Virus record (IMG/VR): IMGVR_UViG_3300044641_000353
Location: 1 to 63,442 of that record
DNA from: a virus
Lineage: Duplodnaviria > Caudoviricetes
Length of the DNA: 63,442 bases
Direction: 5' to 3' (one strand)
The notes beneath the pieces were generated by a model, which saw nothing but the letters and a program-made list of their open reading frames with translations, was not told the origin of the DNA and made no database searches. Position 1 is the first letter of the stretch. Every line of letters begins with the position of its first letter. Below are positions 1 to 9,323 of this stretch, in pieces. The translations under genes and the position numbers were made by a program.

Positions 1-127
1 GTAACGCTCCTGCGCCATTACTTGTCAAAACGTGTGTCGCTGTACCGGGGCCAGCCGATGCCTGAAATGCGCCGGTACTTGTAGTGCCTGAGAACACCAC
101 GCTATACGCAGTTGTTGTAGAAAGACC
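1..127. repeat. 127-bp direct terminal repeat (circular assembly overlap)
   Basis: Bases 1-127 are identical to 63316-63442, and an ORF reads through the junction. Confidence 0.97.
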
Positions 128-754
128 TGTACCGCCCTGATCCGCACCAAGAGTTCCAGTAGACACCAAGTTTTTGCTTGCGTCTGTAAAGACGGGTTTG
201 CTGGCTGTCAATGAAGAATCAATGAAGTTATTAGCCGTCAGCGTTGTGCCGTCCCATGTCAGGCCAGAAGAAGCACCAAATGCACCGGAGTTATTAAACT
301 GTAACTGCGTGTTAGAGCCTGCCGCAGAGCCACCGCCCACATTAACAAAGTCAGAGCCGTTCCAAGCAATGATTGCCCGTGTACCCGCCGCTACAGTTAC
401 ACCCGTTGTAGGAGTTGAAGGGCCACCACGAACTGTTACCGCAAAGCCACCTGTCGTATCGTTGATGACAACGTAGGTCTTAGACTGCTTCGGGGTATTG
501 ATGAAGCGTAATGCTGTACGTGCGCCTGTACACAGGAGAACCGCATACTGAGAGCTATTGGCTGTTAGACCTGTACTTGAATCACTACCTACTGTAACCG
601 CCAAGTTAATGTCTGTATCAACCGTAATTGTCTGTGTGCCAGCAACGGCAGCGTCCACAATCTGGGAGATCGCATTGTTAACCGTATTACCCCAGCTACC
701 GGATAGAGTTCCTTGTACTGGAAGGGTTAGTCCAATTAGCGATGTATTTGCCAT
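1..754 (-). CDS. Tail/tail-fibre-associated structural protein, 5' part (276 aa; continues across the junction to 63315..63239)
   Basis: ATG at 754 (MANTSLIGLTLPVQGTLSGSWGNTVN...), open to base 1 and on to TAA at 63239; total 831 nt. Gly/Thr/Ser-rich with GGTG and VLTSNGAG fibre-like motifs. Absent from the ORF track because it is split. Confidence 0.8.
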   Translation of the reverse strand, partial: MANTSLIGLTLPVQGTLSGSWGNTVNNAISQIVDAAVAGTQTITVDTDINLAVTVGSDSSTGLTANSSQYAVLLCTGARTALRFINTPKQSKTYVVINDTTGGFAVTVRGGPSTPTTGVTVAAGTRAIIAWNGSDFVNVGGGSAAGSNTQLQFNNSGAFGASSGLTWDGTTLTANNFIDSSLTASKPVFTDASKNLVSTGTLGADQGGTGLSTTTAYSVVFSGTTSTGAFQASAGPGTATHVLTSNGAGAL

Positions 755-763
755 TTAATTCTC

Positions 764-1600
764 CTACTGAGTAGAAATTACTGTCCAACCGGGCGATTCC
801 GTTGTATCAACAGCACCCCAGCCCGGTGTTTGCGGATTGCTGATATTTTGCCATGTAACGCCTTGTGTGTCATCAATAATTTCCCACAAGTATCGTCCAC
901 CATTTATTTCTGTTATAGCCATCGTTTCCGTCTGGCTCACTTGGTAGTTTGCACCACCATCGTTTGTATCCGTGATTGCAACAGATTCATCCAAAAACTC
1001 TGTGTAATACGTCCCTACAGTCGTTCCTTCTGCAATAGCCATCGACTCTACGATGGTCATAATCAGCACAGCCACCTGTGCTTCTGCTATTGCAATCGAT
1101 TCCGATATATCACCCAAGAATGTAGCAACTGCCTCTTCTACACTCACAATTCCCACTGAATCTGACACGCTCTCGTTGTAACTTGTCTGCGCGGCCTCAT
1201 CATCTGTAATTGTCTGGCTATCCGCCACACTGACGTTGTAGCTAGTTATTGCTGCGTTATCTTCAGCAATAGCCATAGTCTCAGTTACAGACCCTGCAAA
1301 GTTAGCAACAACAGACTGGTCTTCAGCAATAGCCGCAGATTCAGATACTGCCACATTCATAGTCAGAGCTACAGTCTGAATATCCTGAATGCCCGCTGTA
1401 CCACCCCACGAATCAACACCCCAAGCGTCTTGACCCCAAGACGTACCACCAGTCAACGACTCCGTAATACTTACATCAATCAACAATCCAGCCGCAGGTG
1501 AATCAGCAATTAGGGCAGTTTCAGTAACGCTGACAGGGAAAGTCTCTCCCCCGCCCCATGCGTTATCACCCCATGCGCCATCACCCCAAGCTAACGCCAT
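764..1600 (-). CDS. Acidic repeat-containing virion protein
   Basis: WGxxxWG motifs and ~15-aa (E/D)S-x-x-I-x-(D/E) repeats; tail gene cluster. Confidence 0.7.
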   Translation of the reverse strand: MALAWGDGAWGDNAWGGGETFPVSVTETALIADSPAAGLLIDVSITESLTGGTSWGQDAWGVDSWGGTAGIQDIQTVALTMNVAVSESAAIAEDQSVVANFAGSVTETMAIAEDNAAITSYNVSVADSQTITDDEAAQTSYNESVSDSVGIVSVEEAVATFLGDISESIAIAEAQVAVLIMTIVESMAIAEGTTVGTYYTEFLDESVAITDTNDGGANYQVSQTETMAITEINGGRYLWEIIDDTQGVTWQNISNPQTPGWGAVDTTESPGWTVISTQ

Positions 1601-1601
1601 A

Positions 1602-2165
1602 TCAAGTCAATGTTAATGTGTACGTTACCGCAATCGTGTCACCGTTAACAACAGCCTTAGAACTAGAAAAATCACCAGCAGAGAACAATGTGCCAGTGGT
1701 TGAATCTTTAGTTGCGCTACCGCCAATGTTGATAAAGCAACCTGCCACCGTACCTGTGCTGGTCATAGAAAACGACACGGCAGAAGACGTTGCTTTGCTA
1801 GATGCGGCGGCGGCGCTGAATGAAGGTGTAGGACGATTGCCAGAATAAGCAGGGGCGTTAGCCAAACCAACTTCTAACCAGCCTGCGTGAGATGCTTGTG
1901 TATCAGCAACGTTAGCTGAACCCACACCCTTCAAGCCCATCACAACTGCGCCAGCGGCTGAGTTACCAAGGATAGTATCCAAGGTCAAGTTCTTACCAAC
2001 AGTCGTTACTAAGTTCTGAATAGGTTCTTCCCATTTGATAAAACCATCAATGCTGTAGCAAACAGCATGGTATGTACCGTGGATAGCCATCTCATCAGAG
2101 GGCATGGTGTTGTATTTTGTAATTGCGGCTACTTGATCGGTAGCGGTGATTTTGTCCAAGCTCAT
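1602..2165 (-). CDS. Virion structural (tail-associated) protein
   Basis: Beta-rich small-residue composition, C-terminal GDTIAVTYTLT, tightly packed in the late operon. Confidence 0.7.
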   Translation of the reverse strand: MSLDKITATDQVAAITKYNTMPSDEMAIHGTYHAVCYSIDGFIKWEEPIQNLVTTVGKNLTLDTILGNSAAGAVVMGLKGVGSANVADTQASHAGWLEVGLANAPAYSGNRPTPSFSAAAASSKATSSAVSFSMTSTGTVAGCFINIGGSATKDSTTGTLFSAGDFSSSKAVVNGDTIAVTYTLTLT

Positions 2166-2175
2166 GTGAGGCTCC

Positions 2176-2592
2176 TTAATTAGAAGAACGGATCAATGCT
2201 GCCGTCGCTGTGTTAGCAGGCATTGTGATGGTGAAATTGGTAGATGTTTTGTCAGACCCAAAGTCCAACACAGCAATGGATTTATTACCCTGAGTAACGT
2301 TGTAGATTAAGGCACAACGTGCCGTCACGGATGCGTTAAACACCACATCGGCAAAGTCTACAAAAGCTGTATACCCAGAGGAGCTAATGGTTACACCTGT
2401 AAGAGTTACACCACCAGCTACGTATCCAGTTCCCGTAACCTCGCCTACCGTCGTGTAAACAGTGGTTGCCTCGTTTAAATCAGCACTAGCCGTGTACAGA
2501 GCAATCTTTAGCGTATTGGTGGATAGGTTATGAACGCCTGTATATAGCTCTGTTTTAAAGCTGGTCGTCTGGGTTTGGAGAATGTTGCTCAT
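2176..2592 (-). CDS. Virion structural (tail-associated) protein
   Basis: SFKTEL...LKIALYT...GYVAGG...VLDFG pattern common in phage tail clusters. Confidence 0.7.
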   Translation of the reverse strand: MSNILQTQTTSFKTELYTGVHNLSTNTLKIALYTASADLNEATTVYTTVGEVTGTGYVAGGVTLTGVTISSSGYTAFVDFADVVFNASVTARCALIYNVTQGNKSIAVLDFGSDKTSTNFTITMPANTATAALIRSSN

Positions 2593-3440
2593 GAAACTGC
2601 GACCCTAATCTGACCATCACGATAAGCATCTGCGCGTTGCTTACCATCACCCAAGTTCTTGAGGAGCGCCATAGCTTGTACATACCGCTCTTGGTACACC
2701 TTGTACATACCGTCTTCCGGCGCGCTCTTCATGTATGTTCCTGCTTCAGACAGAGTGCCATACAGCAACGCAGAGTCAAAATTATCACCCAGCCATGTGG
2801 TCAATGCGGTAACAATAGATTCTGGATAGTAGTAATAATGCAGTTCTGCGTAGTAGTTGGCATTTGGCGTAGGGCCAAGAATGAACGACAGTTCATTAAC
2901 GTTAGCTGACTGTGGGCCAAAAATGGCGTAGTGCTTAGGCTCAGACTGCTGTGCACTCAAAGGATATGCTTCACGGACAAAATTTACATCTTTGTTTAGC
3001 AGGTACAAATAGTCGCCTTGAAAAGTGACCGTGGTATTGACTGTACCGCTGTTAGCTACAGTTAAAGAGATTGTAGTTCCACTAATAGCGCGAACAACGG
3101 CGTTAGTGCCAATGTTTGTGCCCGTAACTTGTTGGCCTACAGCAATACCCGTTGTACTTGTTACAACAATACTTTTTGCGCCAGCCGTGCCAGTAGCAGT
3201 TGTAGAGTTAAACGGATATATAGCAAGGCTATATGTTGACAAAAAGTCTTCTGGGCAAGCCAAGTACTTGTTGCCGGTTGACAATACACCCGTCACGTTC
3301 TTACGCAAGTTGGCAATCTGCACCGTGTTATAGATGCGTTGCTCCGCCTGCTTAATCAGCGTGTTGATAGTTGTGGTATCAAACGTGTTCTGCGTATAGT
3401 CAACTACCGCAGCAACAAGTTGGGCGTATGTCATTGCCAT
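2589..3440 (-). CDS. Head-tail adaptor / tail tubular protein
   Basis: MTYAQL...IKQAEQRI...PTPN...LLYGTL pattern of podovirus adaptor proteins. Confidence 0.65.
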   Translation of the reverse strand: MAMTYAQLVAAVVDYTQNTFDTTTINTLIKQAEQRIYNTVQIANLRKNVTGVLSTGNKYLACPEDFLSTYSLAIYPFNSTTATGTAGAKSIVVTSTTGIAVGQQVTGTNIGTNAVVRAISGTTISLTVANSGTVNTTVTFQGDYLYLLNKDVNFVREAYPLSAQQSEPKHYAIFGPQSANVNELSFILGPTPNANYYAELHYYYYPESIVTALTTWLGDNFDSALLYGTLSEAGTYMKSAPEDGMYKVYQERYVQAMALLKNLGDGKQRADAYRDGQIRVAVS

Positions 3441-3443
3441 AAT

Positions 3444-3707
3444 TTAAGCCATTGGCCCCCGAGCCATCAAACCTTTAGTAGCCGCGCCTGTACCGCGAAC
3501 CTTGATACCAGACGTTTTAGTTGCTGGTTGTGCACGGCGAGAGATGTTGCCTACAGACATATTGACTGTATTTGCATCACTGTGGTCAGGGCCAGAGCCG
3601 GGGTTGTCAGAAGCTTTAACAGCTTTACCAGACATCGTGTGTGGTTTGGCATAGACCTTGGCATCGCCAACTTCTTTACCCATTAATTTTTTACTGTATG
3701 TAGCCAT
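3444..3707 (-). CDS. Small basic virion-associated protein
   Basis: Lys/Gly-rich, C-terminal RGTGAATKG motif. Confidence 0.7.
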   Translation of the reverse strand: MATYSKKLMGKEVGDAKVYAKPHTMSGKAVKASDNPGSGPDHSDANTVNMSVGNISRRAQPATKTSGIKVRGTGAATKGLMARGPMA

Positions 3708-3709
3708 GA

Positions 3710-3898
3710 TTAACCTCGTTTCTGATTGGCAATCTTTGCCAAGTTACGACCCATAGTCTTCATATCGGCATTGGTTTTACCCTTACCTTTGCCTTTACCG
3801 CCGTGCATCATGCCAGAGGTAGGGCCGCTATCACCTAAATTTTTACCTTCGGTTTTGCCTTTTTTAGCAATGCCGTCGGCTGATTTTCTGAATGCCAT
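3710..3898 (-). CDS. Small basic virion-associated protein
   Basis: ADGIAKKGKTEG and MMHGG motifs; GGAG RBS. Confidence 0.7.
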   Translation of the reverse strand: MAFRKSADGIAKKGKTEGKNLGDSGPTSGMMHGGKGKGKGKTNADMKTMGRNLAKIANQKRG

Positions 3899-3908
3899 TT
3901 TAAGCTCC

Positions 3909-4292
3909 TTAAGATATGCTTACTGTACCAACAAATGTCGTTGCCACCAAGTAGTTTGGCGTCAATCCTGCATCATTTAAACTAGACCCACCAACTGGAG
4001 CCCAGCCCCATTGAATATCTCGTGAACCACCTGACAAGTTGCCGTTAAAGTTAACACCAGAAGTTACATACGTTGTATCTCTACGTGGGTTACGCAAAGC
4101 TTGTGGATCATCTACTGGAAACGTACCTAACATTAACTGTGGCTGATCGGGATCCCAGCACTCAGGGCAAACCAACAACTCATACTTACGCTGCTTAATG
4201 ATCTCTGTCTTAAGCTGTTTTAGTTTGAACTGCTGGCCACAGCGATCACATTCAGCAATCGCTATCTTGCCGGATGCGTACCGATTACCCAT
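3909..4292 (-). CDS. Zn-ribbon protein
   Basis: CDRC...CPEC followed by D-x-D-x-PQ. Confidence 0.75.
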   Translation of the reverse strand: MGNRYASGKIAIAECDRCGQQFKLKQLKTEIIKQRKYELLVCPECWDPDQPQLMLGTFPVDDPQALRNPRRDTTYVTSGVNFNGNLSGGSRDIQWGWAPVGGSSLNDAGLTPNYLVATTFVGTVSIS

Positions 4293-5227
4293 TAGTAACC
4301 TCCGCCACTTCCAATAAACATTGGCCTAGGAACAAGGCGAAGCGGAGCTTTCTCACGGTCTTCACCAGCGGCAATTTCAAAAGTCTCGTCGTAAATCTGT
4401 TTAAGCATCTGGATGCGGGGCATCAATTCAGGTACTTTGATTGCAATGTGGTACGCCAAACCAGCCACAAGGCATGGTAAAAAGCGGAAATTCATGTCAG
4501 CAGTCTCAACACCAGCGCCAGCATCCTGCACCCTACGCAGTCTCCAGTACACAAACTGATACGGCGTGCTGTTATCAGGTGTGGGCCACACAGTCACAGC
4601 TGGTAGTTGAGGAACAAAAATAGCTGAGCCATCAGTATGGGACGCGGCAGTTGTGTTGTTCTGACCACGGTACACACCACCTAGGGTATTCCCTGATACG
4701 TACGTGTAGTAAATATCTTCTGAATCAATACGCATAAACCCTGAGCCAGCTAAACCCACTATGGTGTTAAGCGTTATTGTGGTGTCCGTTGCCGTAATCG
4801 CGCCCACCAAGACTGAATTGGTTGGGTTAGTTTCACCAGAAAGGCGCTGAATCCAGACTTGAATTGGGCGAGCTTGGCTAAGCTTGTTTGGAATAGTTGC
4901 ATAAGTAGAGACGCTAATGCGTGAAATAGTTAGGTCGGCTTGCGTAGAAGCAGTGTTAGATCCAGTACGGATTACATGTTCTAGAAGGTCAATGGTGTCG
5001 GTCGGCAGTGCATACGTGGCTAAACCGGGGGTCAAGTTAATGATCCCCTGCTCCATTGTCCACATGTTGATGCCTTTGTTCTGCCACTCAACAGTCATGA
5101 GGTTCATTGAGCGACGTGCTGTACGCAGGTCATAGCCAGAACGCATCTCACGGCCAGCCCTCTCCCACGCCTCTTCAGCGATCTCCGTGAAGTCCATGTT
5201 AAAGAGGGTTGAGCCGGTAGTAGTCAT
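4292..5227 (-). CDS. Head-tail adaptor / tail tubular protein A-like
   Basis: EEAWERAG...ARRSMNL...WPTPD...CLVAGLAY pattern and late-operon position. Confidence 0.65.
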   Translation of the reverse strand: MTTTGSTLFNMDFTEIAEEAWERAGREMRSGYDLRTARRSMNLMTVEWQNKGINMWTMEQGIINLTPGLATYALPTDTIDLLEHVIRTGSNTASTQADLTISRISVSTYATIPNKLSQARPIQVWIQRLSGETNPTNSVLVGAITATDTTITLNTIVGLAGSGFMRIDSEDIYYTYVSGNTLGGVYRGQNNTTAASHTDGSAIFVPQLPAVTVWPTPDNSTPYQFVYWRLRRVQDAGAGVETADMNFRFLPCLVAGLAYHIAIKVPELMPRIQMLKQIYDETFEIAAGEDREKAPLRLVPRPMFIGSGGGY

Positions 5228-5230
5228 TGC

Positions 5231-6367
5231 TTATCCTCTGATTGAACCAAGAAGTTCTATTAGTCTGCGTTGTTCGTCTAACGAACCGCCTCCACCGTTT
5301 CTAGCAAGTGCTTTTGCAATCAGTGCAGCTAAGCCCTCACTTTGTTGACCACCTGAACGTGAAGTTAAGTCTTGTAATAACTTTTTTAAATCATCGCTGC
5401 GTTTTGGCGTTGGGCTAAAGTCTACAGGTGGTAGATAAAACCCCGGGTCTTCTATAAAGTCCATAGGGGGTGATGGATTGTAGTAATCCACAGGTCGCGT
5501 TGGAGTGTAGTCCACAGGCGGTTGGTAAAAACCGGGGTCTGTTGGGAAATCCACAGGCGGCTGGTAAAAACCGGGGTCTGTTGGGAAATTTACTTCGGGC
5601 TCAATGTACGTTTCAGGCATTGGCTCTTCAGGATAATAGGGCATTGTCGGCGCAATAGGCTCTTCATACCTTGGCTGTGGGTCTGGGCGTGGCATTTCAG
5701 GCTCTGGGTTATACCCAATCTGAGGGCCATTTGGCACTTTGGTATAGCCTTCTCCGTTCCAAACATAACGATACTCAGATGGCGTAACACCTGTTGTGGC
5801 GTTGTGCATATCTAATTGCTGTTGCGTATAACTAGAAATAGGCTGACCATCGTAGCCAATCTCAGTTAATGTGCCATCAGCTTCTTGACGGTAAGAGGTG
5901 CGCGGCCCTTGTGGTTGTTGCGGTGCAATATATGGCGTTTCCCGATCAGGAGCTATTGGGCGTGATGGCTCTTCATAACGTGGCTCTGGGCGTGGGTCTG
6001 GTGTAGGTATCCCTCTTCCACCTTCGCCCGGGCTGTAAGGAATTGGCTCCGGTGGGGTCAGTGCTTGCGGCGTAGGTTGTGACGTTTCAGGTGCGTAATA
6101 TTTTGACAAGATAGAACCAATTGTATTTTCGTCTATCCCCATACTTAGGAACTGATTTCGCAAATCATTAACAACACCAGCCCCGCCAAACGCATCATAC
6201 GCACGGCTGTAGTCTGGAGCAGTGCCAGTAACATCACCACCCGCTGCGTATTTACGCATGGCAGAGCGCAGGCTCACAGGAGCTTTACGTAGTTGTGTAG
6301 AGTTTGTGGCTGCGGCGGCCTTTGGAGCGCCTTTAGAAGCCATTAACTGTTCGTATAGAGACGCCAT
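5231..6367 (-). CDS. Pro/Tyr-rich repeat protein, probably virion-internal
   Basis: FPTDPGFYQPPVD and PDPxPxxxYEEP repeats, YAAGG motif. Confidence 0.75.
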   Translation of the reverse strand: MASLYEQLMASKGAPKAAAATNSTQLRKAPVSLRSAMRKYAAGGDVTGTAPDYSRAYDAFGGAGVVNDLRNQFLSMGIDENTIGSILSKYYAPETSQPTPQALTPPEPIPYSPGEGGRGIPTPDPRPEPRYEEPSRPIAPDRETPYIAPQQPQGPRTSYRQEADGTLTEIGYDGQPISSYTQQQLDMHNATTGVTPSEYRYVWNGEGYTKVPNGPQIGYNPEPEMPRPDPQPRYEEPIAPTMPYYPEEPMPETYIEPEVNFPTDPGFYQPPVDFPTDPGFYQPPVDYTPTRPVDYYNPSPPMDFIEDPGFYLPPVDFSPTPKRSDDLKKLLQDLTSRSGGQQSEGLAALIAKALARNGGGGSLDEQRRLIELLGSIRG

Positions 6368-6600
6368 TATCTGAACCCCGCTGTTTTCTTTGCAATAGAT
6401 TTAGGTTGCGCCACAAACTGTTTACCAGATGCTTTACCAGCACGTTTGGCTTTGGTTGTAGCTGCGTATTCTGCTGGGCTTAAAGATTTAATAGCCGCTT
6501 CAGGCAAATATCGCTCTCCCGTCTTACTTGACGGTTTACCAGACTTGGTGCGCCATTTCTGGTCACCCCAATCTTTGAGCGATTTTTGAGGAGCTTTCAA
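6367..6600 (-). CDS. Small basic conserved phage protein
   Basis: SLKDWGDQKWRTKSGK...ERYLP; TTG start overlapping the upstream stop. Confidence 0.75.
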   Translation of the reverse strand: MKAPQKSLKDWGDQKWRTKSGKPSSKTGERYLPEAAIKSLSPAEYAATTKAKRAGKASGKQFVAQPKSIAKKTAGFR

Positions 6601-6872
6601 TCTTTGTACCCCCCGCCAGCTTCTTTGTACTTCTTAGCAACAAGTTGCGCTTTGCGTGCAGACCATTGACCTGCCCCAGTACCATGTGTGTTAGCAGCCT
6701 TTACCTGAGAGACAATCCGCTTACGCAAACCGGGTTTCGTGTAGTTGCCAGCAGCATTGACTTTGCCGCCCTCTTTGTACTGAGTAAAGTCAGTGTCATC
6801 CCGACGTGCTTTTTTCTTTGCACCGGGCATCTTGCTTGGGGATATGGCTCCCATACCACGGCTTGGCATCAT
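6597..6872 (-). CDS. Small basic phage protein
   Basis: NYTKPGLRKRI...GQWSARKAQL...YKEAGGGYK; YKEGG motif. Confidence 0.75.
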   Translation of the reverse strand: MMPSRGMGAISPSKMPGAKKKARRDDTDFTQYKEGGKVNAAGNYTKPGLRKRIVSQVKAANTHGTGAGQWSARKAQLVAKKYKEAGGGYKD

Positions 6873-7045
6873 TTTGTTTTACCTTTAGCTTTTTTGGCTA
6901 AAAACAATTTATCAACCATCTTTATCCGCTGGGGTTTGGTTGTAACTTTGTTAATGATAGCCAGTCGTTTGGGTTCACTTGCACCGTAAAACCCAGCCTT
7001 TTTTAAAGACTTAACTACACTGCCTGCGGGTTTTGCGGTTGCCAT
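6869..7045 (-). CDS. Small basic hypothetical protein
   Basis: Start reassigned to ATG at 7045 (MATAKPAG...), immediately after the upstream stop. Confidence 0.55.
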   Translation of the reverse strand: MATAKPAGSVVKSLKKAGFYGASEPKRLAIINKVTTKPQRIKMVDKLFLAKKAKGKTK

Positions 7046-7046
7046 A

Positions 7047-7319
7047 TCAGCACATCTTTCCGCGTGTCTTACCACGCTGAGCAATACCGTCTGCACGGGT
7101 AACGCCACCACTGGCCATCTTCTTAGTTTTACTCACAGATGCGCCATCCTTGTCTTGTGGAACTGGCATACCTTCGCGGAACACTGTGTCTTTTGGAGGC
7201 GCAGTTTTCTTAGGCGCAGGCTTAGGCGCGGTCTTTTTTACAGCGGGTACGCCTTCTGGGTCAGTAGGAGGTTTACCCATTTCAGCGGTATAGATACCAC
7301 CTTCAGCGTATTTTTTCAT
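7047..7319 (-). CDS. Small basic virion-associated protein
   Basis: YAEGG, MASGG and RADGIAQRGKTRG motifs. Confidence 0.75.
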   Translation of the reverse strand: MKKYAEGGIYTAEMGKPPTDPEGVPAVKKTAPKPAPKKTAPPKDTVFREGMPVPQDKDGASVSKTKKMASGGVTRADGIAQRGKTRGKMC

Positions 7320-7322
7320 GGC

Positions 7323-7787
7323 TTAGCACTTCCCGCCATTTTTCATGGTAATCATTGTGCCCTTAGTTTTACCTTTAGTAGCAATACCATCACGGCTAGA
7401 AGAAGTTTTAACCGAACCCATTTTAGATGAAGCCATACCGCCAGCCTTCAGACCTTTGTGAGCCTTGGAAGCTGGCATGCCTGCATGCTTAGCCAAAGCT
7501 GCTGGCATTTTGCCTTTAGCCATACCGCCCTTAGCCATTTTGCCTTTGCCGTCAGCAGCAAAGTCAGGAACCATTTTGTCGCCCTTTTTGACCATGGTCA
7601 TGCCACCGTCGGCGTATCCGCCCATATTCATCTTTTTCATATCGCCACCTTTAGAAAATTTACGGCCCTTGTCGGCCTGATTGAACTCTTTACCCACAGA
7701 CTGTGGGACGCCTGCTTTCTTAGCAAACGATGGGTTGTTAGCCACCGCTGCCATGAAATTGTGTTGCTTCTTACTCGTCGATGGCAT
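7323..7787 (-). CDS. Met/Lys/Gly-rich basic protein with six xxxGG motifs
   Basis: MPSTSKKQHNFMAAVA N-terminus; FSKGG, MNMGG, YADGG, MAKGG, LKAGG, MKNGG. Confidence 0.75.
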   Translation of the reverse strand: MPSTSKKQHNFMAAVANNPSFAKKAGVPQSVGKEFNQADKGRKFSKGGDMKKMNMGGYADGGMTMVKKGDKMVPDFAADGKGKMAKGGMAKGKMPAALAKHAGMPASKAHKGLKAGGMASSKMGSVKTSSSRDGIATKGKTKGTMITMKNGGKC

Positions 7788-7965
7788 TTACAGCCTTCTT
7801 ACGTTTAGTCATTTCACGAACAGTATCAGACTCCCAGATACGGAGACCAAGATAAATAATCGTGAACAGAGAAGCCAGAGGTGGAAGCCACGTAGCCATA
7901 ACGCCAACAGTTGTTAAGACTGCTGCGCCATCTGCAACTGCTTTAGCTGTGTCATGCTGGGTCAT
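7771..7965 (-). CDS. Small membrane protein (holin-like)
   Basis: Hydrophobic segments followed by a basic tail. Confidence 0.6.
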   Translation of the reverse strand: MTQHDTAKAVADGAAVLTTVGVMATWLPPLASLFTIIYLGLRIWESDTVREMTKRKKAVNAIDE

Positions 7966-7966
7966 G

Positions 7967-8212
7967 TTAACAATTCCACGCTCTAAGAGCTTTGTTGATT
8001 CGTGAATCCGGATCGTTGGCGGTCTTGGCAGAGGTTAGCTTCTTTTTCATCCCGCCCATCCTCGCACAGAAAGAGTCGCGCCGGGAGCCGCCTTCGGGCT
8101 GGGGAGCCTTCAAGTTCATACCTTGCGCTTTCGCGGAGGCCCGACCCTTGGCGTTCAAGCCGCCCTTCTCGGACTTGCCTTCTTTCCTCTGCCATGCTGG
8201 ACTCTTAGCCAT
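7967..8212 (-). CDS. Small basic conserved phage protein
   Basis: MAKSPAWQRKEGK...GGLNAKGR...SFCARM...ALRAWNC; start reassigned to 8212. Confidence 0.75.
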   Translation of the reverse strand: MAKSPAWQRKEGKSEKGGLNAKGRASAKAQGMNLKAPQPEGGSRRDSFCARMGGMKKKLTSAKTANDPDSRINKALRAWNC

Positions 8213-8720
8213 AGTAAATCTGCACTGAATCAATAGCAGTCATCAATGCATAAATACCTTGAGTAGCTAACACACCTTCGCCCGGAATAACGGGTGCATT
8301 ACTAAAAGTATCAGTGCCGTCTATTTCGTAAGTCATCAGCCACCGACCACCGCCACTTACATACGAAGCCGCAGTAGAAGTAATTGTTCCGGTGTTAATG
8401 TCTGTTAGCGTAAATGTATCCGCGCCTGTGCGAGTGATAGTGTAATTTCCATCAGTTGCTGATTGACTTGTATTGCTGTCAAAGTGAATACCAACAACAG
8501 CGCCTGTAGACAAGCCGTGAGCAGTCTTTGTCACCGTCACAGTTGTACCAGAGCGGGCATAAGTAACACTAGCCGTTACAGGTACAGAAGCGGTATCAAA
8601 CAACACTAAAGTGCCATCCGTGCCAGAACCAAAAAACGAAATGCCTTTAACGCGATTTCGTCCAAGAACAAAAAAACCACTTTGGTTTAAATGCCCTTGC
8701 TTAACGTCTGTTTGCATCAT
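8205..8720 (-). CDS. Virion structural protein
   Basis: GGAG RBS before ATG 8720; beta-rich with a TAHGLSTG insert. Confidence 0.7.
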   Translation of the reverse strand: MMQTDVKQGHLNQSGFFVLGRNRVKGISFFGSGTDGTLVLFDTASVPVTASVTYARSGTTVTVTKTAHGLSTGAVVGIHFDSNTSQSATDGNYTITRTGADTFTLTDINTGTITSTAASYVSGGGRWLMTYEIDGTDTFSNAPVIPGEGVLATQGIYALMTAIDSVQIYYG

Positions 8721-8734
8721 AATCAATCTCCTTT

Positions 8735-8756
8735 AAAAAAGGGGCCGAAGCCCCTT
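8735..8756 (-). terminator. Intrinsic terminator
   Basis: Minus strand reads GGGGC-TTCG-GCCCC-TTTTTT. Confidence 0.85.
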
Positions 8757-8763
8757 GGGTTGA

Positions 8764-9312
8764 TTAGGAATCTGCGAATGGTGTAGCAACAGTGCTAGAA
8801 CCAATAACGTTTCCAGTCACCATGTACTTGTCAGCAGCAACTGCGACAATTTGAATCCATGTGCCTGCAACACCGCCGGTAGTTGTACCGTTCAAGTTGA
8901 TGAAGTCATTAGAAGAGCCGTTGGCAGTAAAGCCAACAACCGCGCCAGATGAGTCTGAGTCAACAGAAATCACAGTGCCAACGTACAAATCGCCGGAACC
9001 AGAAGTTGTACCAATCTTCAAAGAGCTTGTGGAGATGGTAGTAGGAACCCAGATTGTGTAAACAACGCCTTCGTTGTTAGCTGTGCTTGGGTCTTGACCG
9101 GGGCCAGATGTTGTAGAGTTTGCTGAAACGTTGATTGCTGGCAAAGTCAAAGTGACTGCCGCCGCCAAAGAGCCACCAACAGCGATGATACGACCGCCGT
9201 GAGCTTCTGGGCTTAATGTAGTGCTGGTTGTGATGTCAACGATAGACGCTGGGCCTTGTTGATAAATGCCGCCCAATGAACGAACTGGGCCTTGAAACGT
9301 AGTGCGTGCCAT
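8764..9312 (-). CDS. Capsid decoration/fibre-like protein
   Basis: MARTTFQGPVRS N-terminus; directly downstream of the major capsid gene. Confidence 0.65.
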   Translation of the reverse strand: MARTTFQGPVRSLGGIYQQGPASIVDITTSTTLSPEAHGGRIIAVGGSLAAAVTLTLPAINVSANSTTSGPGQDPSTANNEGVVYTIWVPTTISTSSLKIGTTSGSGDLYVGTVISVDSDSSGAVVGFTANGSSNDFINLNGTTTGGVAGTWIQIVAVAADKYMVTGNVIGSSTVATPFADS

Positions 9313-9323
9313 GATAATTCCTT

